DNA of 64,000 bases, from positions 46,010-110,009 of the forward strand of contig CAKSBF010000006.1 of NCBI GenBank assembly GCA_934438075.1, read 5' to 3'. A program made the position numbers and the translations under genes. Below are positions 49,245 through 59,029 of the stretch, one piece after another. A model generated the notes under the pieces. It saw only the letters and a program-made list of their open reading frames with translations, was not told where the DNA came from and did not search any database. Each line of letters begins with the position of its first letter. Position 1 is the stretch's first letter. This DNA is from an uncultured Clostridia bacterium. Its GTDB lineage: Bacteria > Bacillota > Clostridia > UBA1381 > UBA9506.

Positions 49245-49871
49245 ATGATGAAAAAGACAGCAGCTTTCATGCTCGCATGTACTATGATGTTCGGCAGTAC
49301 GGCTTTTGCCGAAACCGCTCCGCCGGCATCGCCAGTTAATACAAACGTTGTTACCAGCGAGACAGGTACAAAAATTCTTTCCGATGCCCTGTCTGCCGGT
49401 ATCATCGACAGCATGGATAAGGATTGGTCAGAAAGTATCACACGTGAACAATTTTGCGAGTATGCCTACAATGCTCTCAATAGTGTAAAAGAACTTCCGC
49501 AAGCCAAACTTGACCGCAATCCGTTTGATGATGTGATCAATTATAAAATTAATGCATTATCGTTTGTTAAAATCGTCTCCGGAAAAGGAGAGTATATTTT
49601 CGCTCCCAATGATAAAATTACCCGCGAGGAAGCAGCAACCATACTCTGCCGCATGGCGGAATATGCCGGAGCAGAGCTTCCCAAAGCAAAGGTAGACGTA
49701 TCATATTCCGATAACGACGACATCTCTCCTTGGGCTCTATCTGCCGTATACAGTTTAAAAATATTAGATATCTTTGGCAATGCAACAAAAGAATTTCAGC
49801 CCAAAGCAGAGGTTTCTGCTGAAGAAGCTGTTTCTTCACTGTTGAGCCTGCACAATTATATTAAAAAATAA
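49245..49871 (+). CDS. Small secreted SLH-domain protein
   Basis: Signal peptide ...GSTAFAE followed by SLH-like repeats (ITREQFCEYAYNAL; FDDV...KITREEAATILCRMAEY; YSDNDDISPWALSAVYSLKILDI). Start set to the ATG at 49245 (GAAGGA RBS). Confidence 0.7.
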   Translation: MMKKTAAFMLACTMMFGSTAFAETAPPASPVNTNVVTSETGTKILSDALSAGIIDSMDKDWSESITREQFCEYAYNALNSVKELPQAKLDRNPFDDVINYKINALSFVKIVSGKGEYIFAPNDKITREEAATILCRMAEYAGAELPKAKVDVSYSDNDDISPWALSAVYSLKILDIFGNATKEFQPKAEVSAEEAVSSLLSLHNYIKK

Positions 49872-49895
49872 TTAAGAGTAAATACATACAAATAG

Positions 49896-49947
49896 AGTCT
49901 GCCGTGAAATATATTTTCAAAAAATTTACGGCAGACTTTAATTTATG
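49896..49947 (+). terminator. Rho-independent terminator after the SLH gene
   Basis: Stem AGTCTGCCGT/ACGGCAGACT followed by TTTAATTT. Confidence 0.6.
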
Positions 49948-49965
49948 CGCATGACCGATTTTCTG

Positions 49966-49999
49966 CAAAAAAAATGCGGCAAGCCAAAAAGCTTGCCGC
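49966..49999 (-). terminator. Rho-independent terminator after tRNA-Arg
   Basis: Minus strand reads GCGGCAAGC-TTTTTG-GCTTGCCGC followed by ATTTTTTTT. Confidence 0.8.
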
Positions 50000-50003
50000 G
50001 ACG

Positions 50004-50078
50004 TGGCACCCCCGGCGTGAGTCGAACACGCGACTAACCCTTAGGAGGGGTTTGTTATATCCACTTAACTACGGGGGC
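50004..50078 (-). tRNA. tRNA-Arg (anticodon CCT), CCA encoded
   Basis: 75 nt, folded by hand: acceptor GCCCCCG/CGGGGGT, D arm GTTA/TAAC, anticodon stem AACCC/GGGTT with loop CTCCTAA, T arm GCGTG-TTCGACT-CACGC, then GCCA. Confidence 0.9.
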
Positions 50079-50170
50079 CGGTAATACACAAAAACTTTCC
50101 ATTGCAGAACCTTTATTATTGTATCACGTTTTTTATTTTTTGTAAAGATATTTCTTGTTTTCAAAATGCA

Positions 50171-51541
50171 TTATGCGTGCAAATTTTCAAAATATCCCTG
50201 AACAAAAACGAACAAAATAATGAGCGGCAACATATATCTCACATAATTTTTCAACCATTTTGGAAATTTCATTCCTTTTCCCATATTGGCCTCCTGCAAA
50301 AAATTTTCCCATCCCCATCCATTTTTTGAAACACAAAAAGCCAGATATACCAGCGAACCAAGCGGCAGTAAATTGTTGCTGACGATAAAGTCCTCCAAAT
50401 CCATAATATTGCTGCCTGCTCCAAGCGGACAAAATCCGCTCCATACATTAAAGCCAAAAATGCATGGCAACGATAAGATAAGCACCAAAATAAGATTTGC
50501 AATTACAGCTTTCTTTCTCTCCCAGTTCCACAAATCCATCGCAAATGACAATAAATTTTCAAATACCGCAACAATTGTTGACATAGCGGCAAACGACATG
50601 AAAAGGAAGAACAAAGCCCCCCATATTCTTCCTCCTCCCATGGCGTTAAACACATTCGGCAGAGTAATAAACACCAGGGAAACTCCGCTGTCAGGTTTAA
50701 CACCAAAAGCAAAACATGCTGGAAAAATAATCAGCCCTGACATTACTGCAACAAAGGTATCCAGCAGCATAATATGCAGTGATTCACCGGTTAAAGATCG
50801 CTCCTTACCAATATAGCTGCCAAAAACCGTCATAGAACCGATGCCAATACTTAAAGTAAAAAAAGCCTGACCCATGGCGGCAAAAACCGTATGAAAAATA
50901 CCCTGCTGCTCCATCTTTGTAAAATCAGGTTTTAAATAAAAAAGCAAGCCCTCCTTAGCCGTTGAAAGTGAAAGTACACGTACTGTTAAGATAAGCATGA
51001 TAAATAAAAGCCCGGACATCATAAACTTTGTAATTTTCTCAACACCCTTTTGCAAACCTAGAGAACAGATTCCAAAGCTGATGAATACAACACACGACAT
51101 CCAAAAAATCATTTCTAACGGCTGCGCCGTCAAGTCCTGAAAAATATTTGCACATTCGCGCACCGACACATCTAAAAATTTTCCTTGTATCATCTTTACA
51201 AAATAAGCGAGCATCCAACCGCCAATTGTCGTATAAAACATCATTAAAAGATAATTTCCCGCAACAAAAATATAGCTAAACCTATGCCAGTGGCTTCCTT
51301 TTCTCTCTAAAACACGAAATGCAGTTGCAGCACTCTGCCTGCTGCTTCTTCCGACTGCGAATTCCATCACCATAATCGGCAGTCCCAGCAGTATTAAAAA
51401 CACCAAATAAATCAATACAAAGGCTGCACCGCCATATTTTCCGACAACATAAGGAAAGCGCCATACATTTCCCAAACCAATGGCGCAACCCGCAGATATC
51501 AGAATAAACCCTACCCTTGATGAAAATTTTTCACGTTTCAA
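50171..51541 (-). CDS. Sodium-dependent transporter, NSS (SNF) family
   Basis: 456 aa with the signature GLGNVWRFPY and about 11-12 hydrophobic segments. Confidence 0.9.
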   Translation of the reverse strand: MKREKFSSRVGFILISAGCAIGLGNVWRFPYVVGKYGGAAFVLIYLVFLILLGLPIMVMEFAVGRSSRQSAATAFRVLERKGSHWHRFSYIFVAGNYLLMMFYTTIGGWMLAYFVKMIQGKFLDVSVRECANIFQDLTAQPLEMIFWMSCVVFISFGICSLGLQKGVEKITKFMMSGLLFIMLILTVRVLSLSTAKEGLLFYLKPDFTKMEQQGIFHTVFAAMGQAFFTLSIGIGSMTVFGSYIGKERSLTGESLHIMLLDTFVAVMSGLIIFPACFAFGVKPDSGVSLVFITLPNVFNAMGGGRIWGALFFLFMSFAAMSTIVAVFENLLSFAMDLWNWERKKAVIANLILVLILSLPCIFGFNVWSGFCPLGAGSNIMDLEDFIVSNNLLPLGSLVYLAFCVSKNGWGWENFLQEANMGKGMKFPKWLKNYVRYMLPLIILFVFVQGYFENLHA

Positions 51542-51707
51542 ATGTACTTCTCCCCACTCTTTTATAATCTGTCAATACCAATACACAACTAATAAAGCAG
51601 TATTTTATTTTTCCCAAATTTTATAATTTTAAACAACTTTCCTTTGCGCAGGAGCTTTTATTATGGTAAAATAAAAGAGTTATTATAAAATGTTGCAGGT
51701 GAAATAT

Positions 51708-52610
51708 ATGAAAAAATCTTTATTAACTTCATGTCGTCTTTGCCCCCGACAATGCGGTGCCAACCGCGCAGCCGGAGAGCGTGGTTTTTGCGGCAGCACC
51801 TATCAATTGCGTGCAGCACGTGCAGCGCTGCATTTTTGGGAGGAACCGTGTATTTCAGGCGAACAAGGATCGGGTGCAGTCTTTTTTTCAGGCTGCCCGT
51901 TGCGTTGCATTTACTGTCAAAATCATAATATTGCCGCCGCCACGGCCGGAAAGGAAATTTCTGTCAGCCGTCTTGCAGACATTTTTTTGGAATTGGAACA
52001 AAAGGGTGCTCTAAACATCAATCTCGTTACGCCTACTCACTATGTACCTCAAATACTGTCCGCTTTAAATGCCGCCAGATGCAAAGGGCTTAATTTGCCA
52101 ATTGTATATAATTGCGGCGGCTATGAATCAGTCAGCACGCTAAAGCTCCTTGAAGGGTATATTGACATTTATCTGCCCGATTTTAAATATTTAAACGAAG
52201 ATACCGCAAGGCGCTATTCTAATGCCAAAAATTATCCTGAAGTTGCCAAAGCGGCTATTAAAGAAATGGTGCGTCAAACAGGCGCTGTGTATTTCAACGA
52301 TGCCGGTATTGCGCAGCACGGCACCATCGTGAGGCACTTGGTCTTGCCCGGGCATATAGAAGAGTCTAAACAAATTATTCACTATCTCCATAAGACTTAT
52401 GGAAATACAATATTTATGAGCATCATGAATCAGTACACACCTATGCCGGCTGTGGAAAATATACCGTCCCTCAATCGCAGATTGACGTCCGCAGAATATG
52501 ATGATGTGCTCGACTACGCCATCGCCATCGGGGTGGAAAATGCCTTTATTCAAGAGGAGGGCACCGCGGAAGAAAGCTTCATCCCGGAATTTGATTTGGA
52601 AGGAGTCTGA
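51708..52610 (+). CDS. Radical SAM protein (PflX-like activase family)
   Basis: Contains CRLCPRQCGANR...FCG and the CxxxCxxC motif GCPLRCIYCQN. Start set to the ATG at 51708 (AGGTGA RBS). Confidence 0.8.
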   Translation: MKKSLLTSCRLCPRQCGANRAAGERGFCGSTYQLRAARAALHFWEEPCISGEQGSGAVFFSGCPLRCIYCQNHNIAAATAGKEISVSRLADIFLELEQKGALNINLVTPTHYVPQILSALNAARCKGLNLPIVYNCGGYESVSTLKLLEGYIDIYLPDFKYLNEDTARRYSNAKNYPEVAKAAIKEMVRQTGAVYFNDAGIAQHGTIVRHLVLPGHIEESKQIIHYLHKTYGNTIFMSIMNQYTPMPAVENIPSLNRRLTSAEYDDVLDYAIAIGVENAFIQEEGTAEESFIPEFDLEGV

Positions 52611-52618
52611 TATTGTAA

Positions 52619-52678
52619 ATAAAAAAGGCTGTAAATAAAGACAGAGTGTCTGCTCTGCACAATTTTTACAGCCTCTTA
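52619..52678. terminator. Two-tier hairpin between convergent genes, probably a bidirectional terminator
   Basis: Outer stem AGGCTGTAAA/TTTACAGCCT and inner stem CAGAG/CTCTG. A-run on one side and T-rich sequence on the other. Confidence 0.6.
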
Positions 52679-52720
52679 ATATTTATCCCCTATGCCGTAA
52701 AACACGACATCAATTATATC

Positions 52721-52840
52721 TTATTTAAAAACTTTATTCATGATTTTTATCACCAGGTAAATGATGAAAATAACCAGAAAAATTCCAAACATGCCTTTTG
52801 CCATCATCGGCAAAGTCTGCATAAATGCACTTATATTCAT
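52721..52840 (-). CDS. Untracked 39-aa single-TM protein downstream of oadB (possibly OadG-like)
   Basis: My translation: MNISAFMQTLPMMAKGMFGIFLVIFIIYLVIKIMNKVFK. GGAGG lies 9 nt upstream of the ATG, and the ORF starts 24 nt after the oadB stop. It is below the ORF-track size cut-off. Confidence 0.5.
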   Translation of the reverse strand: MNISAFMQTLPMMAKGMFGIFLVIFIIYLVIKIMNKVFK

Positions 52841-52864
52841 TGTAATCATCCTCCCCTACTTAGT

Positions 52865-53986
52865 CTAGCCAATCAGTGCAATAATTAAGCCGCCTGCAAT
52901 AACCGATGCAATCTGTCCCGAAACATTTGCTCCTGCAGCGTGCATCAAAAGGAAATTTTGGTTATCCTCTGCCAAACCCATCTTATGCACTACGCGCGAG
53001 GACATCGGAAAAGCGGAGATTCCCGCTGCACCAATCATGGGATTTACCTTGTTCTTTGTAAATAAATTAATGATTTTTGCAAAGCACACGCCGCCAACTG
53101 TGTCAAAAACAAACGCAACCAAACCAAGACATAAAATCATCAGCGTCTGCAAATTTAAAAACAGTTCTGCCTGCATTTTTGTTGCAACTGAAATGCCCAA
53201 AAGGATAGTAATCAGGTTTGCAAGCTCCTTTTGCGCCGTCTGCGAAAGCATATTCAAAACGCCGCATTCCCGAATCAGGTTGCCGAACATCAAAAAACCA
53301 ACCAACGCAACCGAACGCGGTGCAACCACACCTGCGGCAATGGTGACAATAATCGGAAATAAAATTTTCGTAGTTTTCGACACCGTGTTTTGTTTATATT
53401 CCATTTTTATTTGTCGCTCTTTTTTTGTTGTAATCAGCCTAATAACCGGCGGCTGAATAATCGGCACGAGCGCCATGTAAGAATATGCCGCAACAATTAT
53501 TGCTCCGGTATAGTGCGAATTAAAATAGTTAGCCACAAAGATAGAAGTCGGACCGTCAGCCGCACCGATGATAGCAATAGATGCCGCATCTCTTAAGTCA
53601 AACCCAAGCAGTGCGGCAAGACTTAAAGTAAAGAAGATTCCAAACTGCGCAAACACTCCGAAAAACATCAGCTTCGGGTTTGTCAGAAGCGGCTCAAAAT
53701 CAATCATTGCGCCAATACCGATAAACAGGAGCAACGGAAATAACTCGTTCGCAATACCGGCGTTAAACAAAAGATCAACCACGCCGGGTTCCGTACTGCC
53801 GTTGATTACCTGATCAATGGCACCCGACATGGGCAGGTTTACTAAAATAGCTCCAAAACCAAGCGGTAACAGCAGCGTAGGCTCCATATCCTTTTTAATC
53901 GCAAGATAGATTAACACGCCGCCGATTATCCACATGACCACCTGGGGAATTGTTATGTTCTGAAAATTTTCTAAAATCTCTAACAT
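52865..53986 (-). CDS. Sodium-ion-translocating decarboxylase beta subunit (OadB/GcdB/MmdB family)
   Basis: 373 aa polytopic membrane protein. The N-terminus ...IPQVVMWIIGGVLIYLAIKKDMEPTLLLPLGFGAILVNLP is characteristic of the family. Confidence 0.8.
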   Translation of the reverse strand: MLEILENFQNITIPQVVMWIIGGVLIYLAIKKDMEPTLLLPLGFGAILVNLPMSGAIDQVINGSTEPGVVDLLFNAGIANELFPLLLFIGIGAMIDFEPLLTNPKLMFFGVFAQFGIFFTLSLAALLGFDLRDAASIAIIGAADGPTSIFVANYFNSHYTGAIIVAAYSYMALVPIIQPPVIRLITTKKERQIKMEYKQNTVSKTTKILFPIIVTIAAGVVAPRSVALVGFLMFGNLIRECGVLNMLSQTAQKELANLITILLGISVATKMQAELFLNLQTLMILCLGLVAFVFDTVGGVCFAKIINLFTKNKVNPMIGAAGISAFPMSSRVVHKMGLAEDNQNFLLMHAAGANVSGQIASVIAGGLIIALIG

Positions 53987-54091
53987 TCGTCATTTCCTCT
54001 CTTTAGTTCGTTTTTACATAAATCGTAAACAGTATACCATATTTATCCTATAAGTGCAAATCTTTTTTCAGCCAATAACAGAAAAATTTGC

Positions 54092-54129
54092 ATAATAAAA
54101 GGAGCGGTACAGATATTTTGCACCGCCCC
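54092..54129 (-). terminator. Rho-independent terminator after ispH-S1
   Basis: Minus strand reads GGGGCGGT...ACCGCTCC followed by TTTTATTAT. Confidence 0.6.
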
Positions 54130-54142
54130 CAAAATTTCATGC

Positions 54143-56269
54143 TTATTCTTCTGTTTTTTCTGCTTCTTCCGCAACTTCTTCAATTTCTTCCGTCACTTCA
54201 GCAACCTGCTCAGCAGCTTCGTCAGCAGCCTCTTCTACAGCTTCTTTCACTTCCTCGTCATTAGCAACAGGAATATCAAGCGCCTCACCGATTGTCGCAC
54301 CAAGCTCTTCTTTGTGGACCGGAACTTCTTCCTCAACCTTTTTTTCTTCAGCGGCTTCCTCGGCAACCGGAGCTTCCTCAGGAAGGAGAGCACGGATAGA
54401 AAGACCGATTTTCTTATTCTCCCAGTCAATCTCAACAATCTTAGCATCCACAGTCTGTCCGATCTCCAGCTCATCCTGCGGTTTAGCAATTCTCTTATTT
54501 GCAATCTGCGAAATGTGGATCAAACCGTCAATTCCCGGCAAAATTTCAGCAAATGCGCCAAACGGGAGCATTCTGACGATTTTAACCGGAACAACATCGT
54601 CAACAGCCAAGGTTCTCTTTGCAATCTCCCAAGGATTGTCCTCAGCCTTTTTAAAGCCAAGCGAAATCTTTTTGGTTTCCTCATTAATATCCTTAATATA
54701 AACCTCAATGGTATCGCCTACATTTACAACCTCGGACGGATGCTTAATTCTCTGCCAGCTCAGCTCAGAAATATGAACCAAACCGTCAACACCGCCCAAA
54801 TCAACAAACGCACCGAAATTTGTCAGAGATTTTACAATACCGTTGTACTTGCGGCCAACCTCTGCACTCTCCCAGAATTTTGCTTCCAATTCTGCTTTCT
54901 GTGCCATTAAAATAGCTTTAACGCTTCCAACAACACGATGGCGTCTTTCATTCAAATCAATCAGTTTGAACTCAACTTCTTTGCCCATCAGTTCGTTCAA
55001 ATCACTCAGATAGCGATCGCTTGCCTGTGATGCGGGAATAAACACCTTAACACCCTTGTGTATTGCAATTACTCCGCCGTTTACCACACTGGTAACTTTG
55101 CCGGAGAGAATATCGCCGTTTTCATATGCTTTTACAACATTGTCCCAGGTTTTCGCGGAATCAAGCTTTCTCTTAGAAAGCATGATATAACCCTCAGCAT
55201 CGTTTACACGAACTACAAAGGTTTCAATCTCATCGCCAACCTTAACTACCTGCTCCGGCGTAACGTTCGGGTCATCCGAAATTTCCGATGCCGGAATGTA
55301 TGCAGCATGCTTAACGCCCAAATCAACAGTGACCTCAGTCGGTCCCACTCCAATTACAGTACCCTTAACCACATCACCTGTATTTAAAGTTTTGAGGGAT
55401 TCCTCCATAAGTGCTGCAAAGCTTAATTCTTGATTTTCCATTTTATCTATTGCCTCCTTTATTATAACCGCCGGTGTTGATGCCCCGGCAGTAATGCCAA
55501 CTCGTTTACCCAGAAACACCTGCATATCGTCCAATTCGCGGATGGACTCAAGACCGTATGTATCAGGACAGGCGCCTTTACAAATATCATAAAGCTTTTG
55601 TGTGTTTGAGCTGTTTCTGCCGCCTAACACAATCATAGCATCCATTTTCTGCGCCAACTGCAATGCTTCCTCTTGTCTTTTATGAGTTGCACTACATATT
55701 GTATCAAAAAGTACAGTGTTTTTGCAAGTTTTTTTTAAAAAAAATATTATTTTTTTATAAATATTGCGATTAAATGTAGTTTGCGCCACGATGCAGGTAG
55801 GAATTTCACTTTCTTCAAGGGCCTCTGCCTCTTCTTGCGAACCGATAATAACGGCATTTCCGCCAGCCCAGCCGTTAATTCCTATCACCTCAGGATGATT
55901 GCGGTCACCAATGATCAAAATCCGTTTCCCGGCATCGTGATGTTCCTTTACAATTTGGTGAATCTTCTTTACAAACGGGCAAGTTGCATCAACATACTTC
56001 ACACCTCGCCGTTTCATTTCTTCATATATATACGGTCCCACTCCGTGGGTACGTATAATAATCACAGCGTCTTGTTCTGCCTCATCAATCGACTCCACAG
56101 AAACAATGCCCTTTTCCGCAAGATCAGAAACCACCTGCGGATTATGAATAATAGGACCTAATGTATAGTATTTGTGTTCCTTATCCTTCGCACTTTGATA
56201 AACCATATCCATCGCACGCGCGACGCCGAAACAAAAACCGGCCGTTTTTGCCAAAACATAATTCATCAA
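54143..56269 (-). CDS. ispH: Bifunctional IspH (4-hydroxy-3-methylbut-2-enyl diphosphate reductase) / ribosomal protein S1 fusion
   Basis: 708 aa. N-terminal LytB region (AKTAGFCFGVARA, ...DATCPFV...), then four S1 OB-fold repeats and an acidic tail. Confidence 0.9.
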   Translation of the reverse strand: MMNYVLAKTAGFCFGVARAMDMVYQSAKDKEHKYYTLGPIIHNPQVVSDLAEKGIVSVESIDEAEQDAVIIIRTHGVGPYIYEEMKRRGVKYVDATCPFVKKIHQIVKEHHDAGKRILIIGDRNHPEVIGINGWAGGNAVIIGSQEEAEALEESEIPTCIVAQTTFNRNIYKKIIFFLKKTCKNTVLFDTICSATHKRQEEALQLAQKMDAMIVLGGRNSSNTQKLYDICKGACPDTYGLESIRELDDMQVFLGKRVGITAGASTPAVIIKEAIDKMENQELSFAALMEESLKTLNTGDVVKGTVIGVGPTEVTVDLGVKHAAYIPASEISDDPNVTPEQVVKVGDEIETFVVRVNDAEGYIMLSKRKLDSAKTWDNVVKAYENGDILSGKVTSVVNGGVIAIHKGVKVFIPASQASDRYLSDLNELMGKEVEFKLIDLNERRHRVVGSVKAILMAQKAELEAKFWESAEVGRKYNGIVKSLTNFGAFVDLGGVDGLVHISELSWQRIKHPSEVVNVGDTIEVYIKDINEETKKISLGFKKAEDNPWEIAKRTLAVDDVVPVKIVRMLPFGAFAEILPGIDGLIHISQIANKRIAKPQDELEIGQTVDAKIVEIDWENKKIGLSIRALLPEEAPVAEEAAEEKKVEEEVPVHKEELGATIGEALDIPVANDEEVKEAVEEAADEAAEQVAEVTEEIEEVAEEAEKTEE

Positions 56270-56850
56270 CGTCCACCTGCCAGCTCTAAAATATTCTGCA
56301 CAAGTCTGCCGCTGATTTCCTTCAGCTCTTCTGTAGAAAGGTGAGCATTATCAGGAGCTTTTACCCAAATTGGCTCACCAATTACAATTGGTATTTTTGA
56401 AAACAATCGGTATTTACCGCCAATGGCTACCGGCAAAATTGGTGCACCACTCTTTTCCGCAATCAAGGCAACACCCGGCTTTGCGGTATGTGACATCCCT
56501 TTTAAGACTCTGCGCCCCTCCGGAAAGATAGCAATAACTTTATCTTCTGCCAGCGCAGACAACGCGGTACGTATTGCACCAATATCACCCTTACCCCGTG
56601 ACACAGGAAAAGCCCCCGCCCATTTAATCAAAGCTCCCAGGAGCGGAATATCAAACAAATCTCTTTTCGCCATATAATGCAGCTTGCGCGGCATCATTGA
56701 TGCAACCAGAGGAACATCCCAATAACTGGTATGGTTAATGCTAACTATAACAGGCCCTTCTAAAGGAAACCTTTCTTTATTGATTACCTTCACCCGAAAC
56801 ACAATGTGCATAAAAATACGTACCAAAAATTTTGCTATTTGATAGAGCAT
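56266..56850 (-). CDS. plsC: 1-acyl-sn-glycerol-3-phosphate acyltransferase
   Basis: 194 aa with the HxxxxD motif NHTSYWD and the FPEGRR block. Confidence 0.85.
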   Translation of the reverse strand: MLYQIAKFLVRIFMHIVFRVKVINKERFPLEGPVIVSINHTSYWDVPLVASMMPRKLHYMAKRDLFDIPLLGALIKWAGAFPVSRGKGDIGAIRTALSALAEDKVIAIFPEGRRVLKGMSHTAKPGVALIAEKSGAPILPVAIGGKYRLFSKIPIVIGEPIWVKAPDNAHLSTEELKEISGRLVQNILELAGGR

Positions 56851-57524
56851 ATCTTCTCCAGCCTCTCCTTGATAATACCCAGCACTTTCTGCACAACCTC
56901 CTCAAAGGTTAGCCCATCTGTAATCAGCTGTATGCTGTCCTCTGCCGGAACCAAAGGCGCGAATTCGCGCGAAGAATCATTTTCATCACGATAGCGCATA
57001 TCACTTAACACATCGTCAAAACTGCATTCTTGTCCTTTTTCCCGAAGCTCTGCAAATCTTCGGCGAGCCCTCTCCTCTGCTGACGCCGTCAAAAAAATCT
57101 TAACCTCAGCGTTCGGAAAAACATAGGTGCCAATATCTCGGCCATCCATAATAACATTGTTTTTCTCGCCGAGCTTGCGCTGAATCTCCACCAATTTCAG
57201 CCGCACCTCCGGAATTTTTGAAATATCCGACGCCGCAATGGAAACCTCGGGTGTACGGATGTGATCCGTTATGTTCTCTCGGTCCAGATAGATAAGCTGC
57301 GTACCGTCCTCGCCGTACTTAATATCAATGTTCATAAAAGAAACCATTTCCGCTGCAGTTTTTGCATCATTTTTGATATCAATTCCGCCGCAAAGACAGC
57401 CAAGCGCTGCGGCCCGGTACATAGCTCCCGTATCCACATAAATATATCCCAGCTCTTTTGCTGCTGCTTTGGACACTGTGCTCTTCCCTGCTCCGGAAGG
57501 ACCATCTATAGCAATTTTAATCAT
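56835..57524 (-). CDS. cmk: Cytidylate kinase
   Basis: P-loop IAIDGPSGAGKST. Start is either the ATG at 57524 or the GTG at 57533. Confidence 0.9.
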   Translation of the reverse strand: MIKIAIDGPSGAGKSTVSKAAAKELGYIYVDTGAMYRAAALGCLCGGIDIKNDAKTAAEMVSFMNIDIKYGEDGTQLIYLDRENITDHIRTPEVSIAASDISKIPEVRLKLVEIQRKLGEKNNVIMDGRDIGTYVFPNAEVKIFLTASAEERARRRFAELREKGQECSFDDVLSDMRYRDENDSSREFAPLVPAEDSIQLITDGLTFEEVVQKVLGIIKERLEKICSIK

Positions 57525-57689
57525 CTTATCCACCCTTTCAAAAGGTACAACGTGTTAATTTTATCACAACAATAATAGTTTTTCAAGGCTTTCCAACAAA
57601 AATTTGGCTTTTTAGTTGCTTTTTCTTTCAATTCATAGTAAAATAATAGAATGAACAGTTTACTATTTTCTTTCGGGAGGATTTTACGA

Positions 57690-59000
57690 ATGAAAAAAGC
57701 GATTAGTTGGATTAGTATCTTTCTGCTCTTAATGCAGCTTTCAGCAATTACATTTGCTGAAGAAAATAAAAAGCAGCCGGAGATAAAGGCAGCAGCAGCA
57801 ATATTGGCTGACCGTGCAAGCGGACGTATTTTATACGAAAAGGAAGTAAATGCAAAGTGTTACCCTGCCAGCACCACAAAAATTATGACAGGATTACTTG
57901 CGATTGAAAACCTAAACTTCGGCGATATGGTTACTGCAAGCGCTACGGCCGTAGATGTTGACCGCGATGGCAGCAATATGGGAATTTTAGAAGGCGAACA
58001 GCTGACTGTCGAACAGCTGCTTTACGGACTAATGGTCCATTCGGCGAATGACGCGGCAAATGTTTTGGCGGAATCGGTTGCCGGTTCTATCACTTCCTTT
58101 GTTGATAAAATGAATTCCCGAGCTGCAGAGATTGGTATGAAAAATACACATTTCGCAAACCCGCATGGCTATCACGATGATAATCATTACACAACCGCTT
58201 ATGATTTATATCTTCTCGCCAACATTGCCATGCAAAATGAGGAATTTTCAAAAATTGTTTCTACCCCAACCTACGAGATTCCTCCGACAAACAAGTACAA
58301 AGAAATCCGCTCCCTTTCTAATAACAATGCATTAATCAATCCGATGAAAGGGCGAAGATATCTATACAGTGCCGCAACGGGCATTAAAACCGGACATACC
58401 TCAAAAGCAGGAAACTGTCTTGTTTCTTCTGCAGAGAAAAATGGTTCTTCCTTTATTTGTGTTGTCTTAAATGCCCCAAATGAAAATGGCACGAACTACT
58501 CTTTTGCTGATACAATTACATTGTTCAACTATGGCTTTGAAAATTTTAAAACCCAAATGATATCTGATACCGAAGAAATTTTAGCAACCAAAGAGGTGAA
58601 ATGGGCAGCAGGCAATGCGCAGGCTATTTTGACGGCCAAAGAGCCTTTTACCGCCCTCCTTCCGGCAGATTTTAACAAATCGGCGCTTGAAAAAACTCTT
58701 ACGGTTGATGACGTGATAAAGGCACCTCTTGCGGAGGGTGAAACCGTTGGTACCATTACATATTTCTATGATGGCACCGTAATTGGCGAGGCGGAGCTAA
58801 TTAATAAAAAAGCAATCAAACGAAGCTATACGCGGATGATTTTCGGCACACTTCTGCACTGGCTTCTAAGTATTTGGGTTATGGTTCCTCTCGGTATCAT
58901 TGTGGCAGTGCTTTTGGTTTTACGCTGGCTAGAAATCAAACGGCAGCAAAAACGCCGCCAGCAGCGTAAATATACAAGCCGTCGCAATTTTTATCAATAA
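57690..59000 (+). CDS. D-alanyl-D-alanine carboxypeptidase (PBP5-type, S11)
   Basis: Motifs SxxK (ASTTK), SxN (HSAND) and KTG (IKTGHT), plus a C-terminal membrane anchor. Start set to the ATG at 57690 (GGGAGG RBS). Confidence 0.85.
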   Translation: MKKAISWISIFLLLMQLSAITFAEENKKQPEIKAAAAILADRASGRILYEKEVNAKCYPASTTKIMTGLLAIENLNFGDMVTASATAVDVDRDGSNMGILEGEQLTVEQLLYGLMVHSANDAANVLAESVAGSITSFVDKMNSRAAEIGMKNTHFANPHGYHDDNHYTTAYDLYLLANIAMQNEEFSKIVSTPTYEIPPTNKYKEIRSLSNNNALINPMKGRRYLYSAATGIKTGHTSKAGNCLVSSAEKNGSSFICVVLNAPNENGTNYSFADTITLFNYGFENFKTQMISDTEEILATKEVKWAAGNAQAILTAKEPFTALLPADFNKSALEKTLTVDDVIKAPLAEGETVGTITYFYDGTVIGEAELINKKAIKRSYTRMIFGTLLHWLLSIWVMVPLGIIVAVLLVLRWLEIKRQQKRRQQRKYTSRRNFYQ

Positions 59001-59029
59001 AATGCAGCTAATTTAACAGGAGGCAAAAC

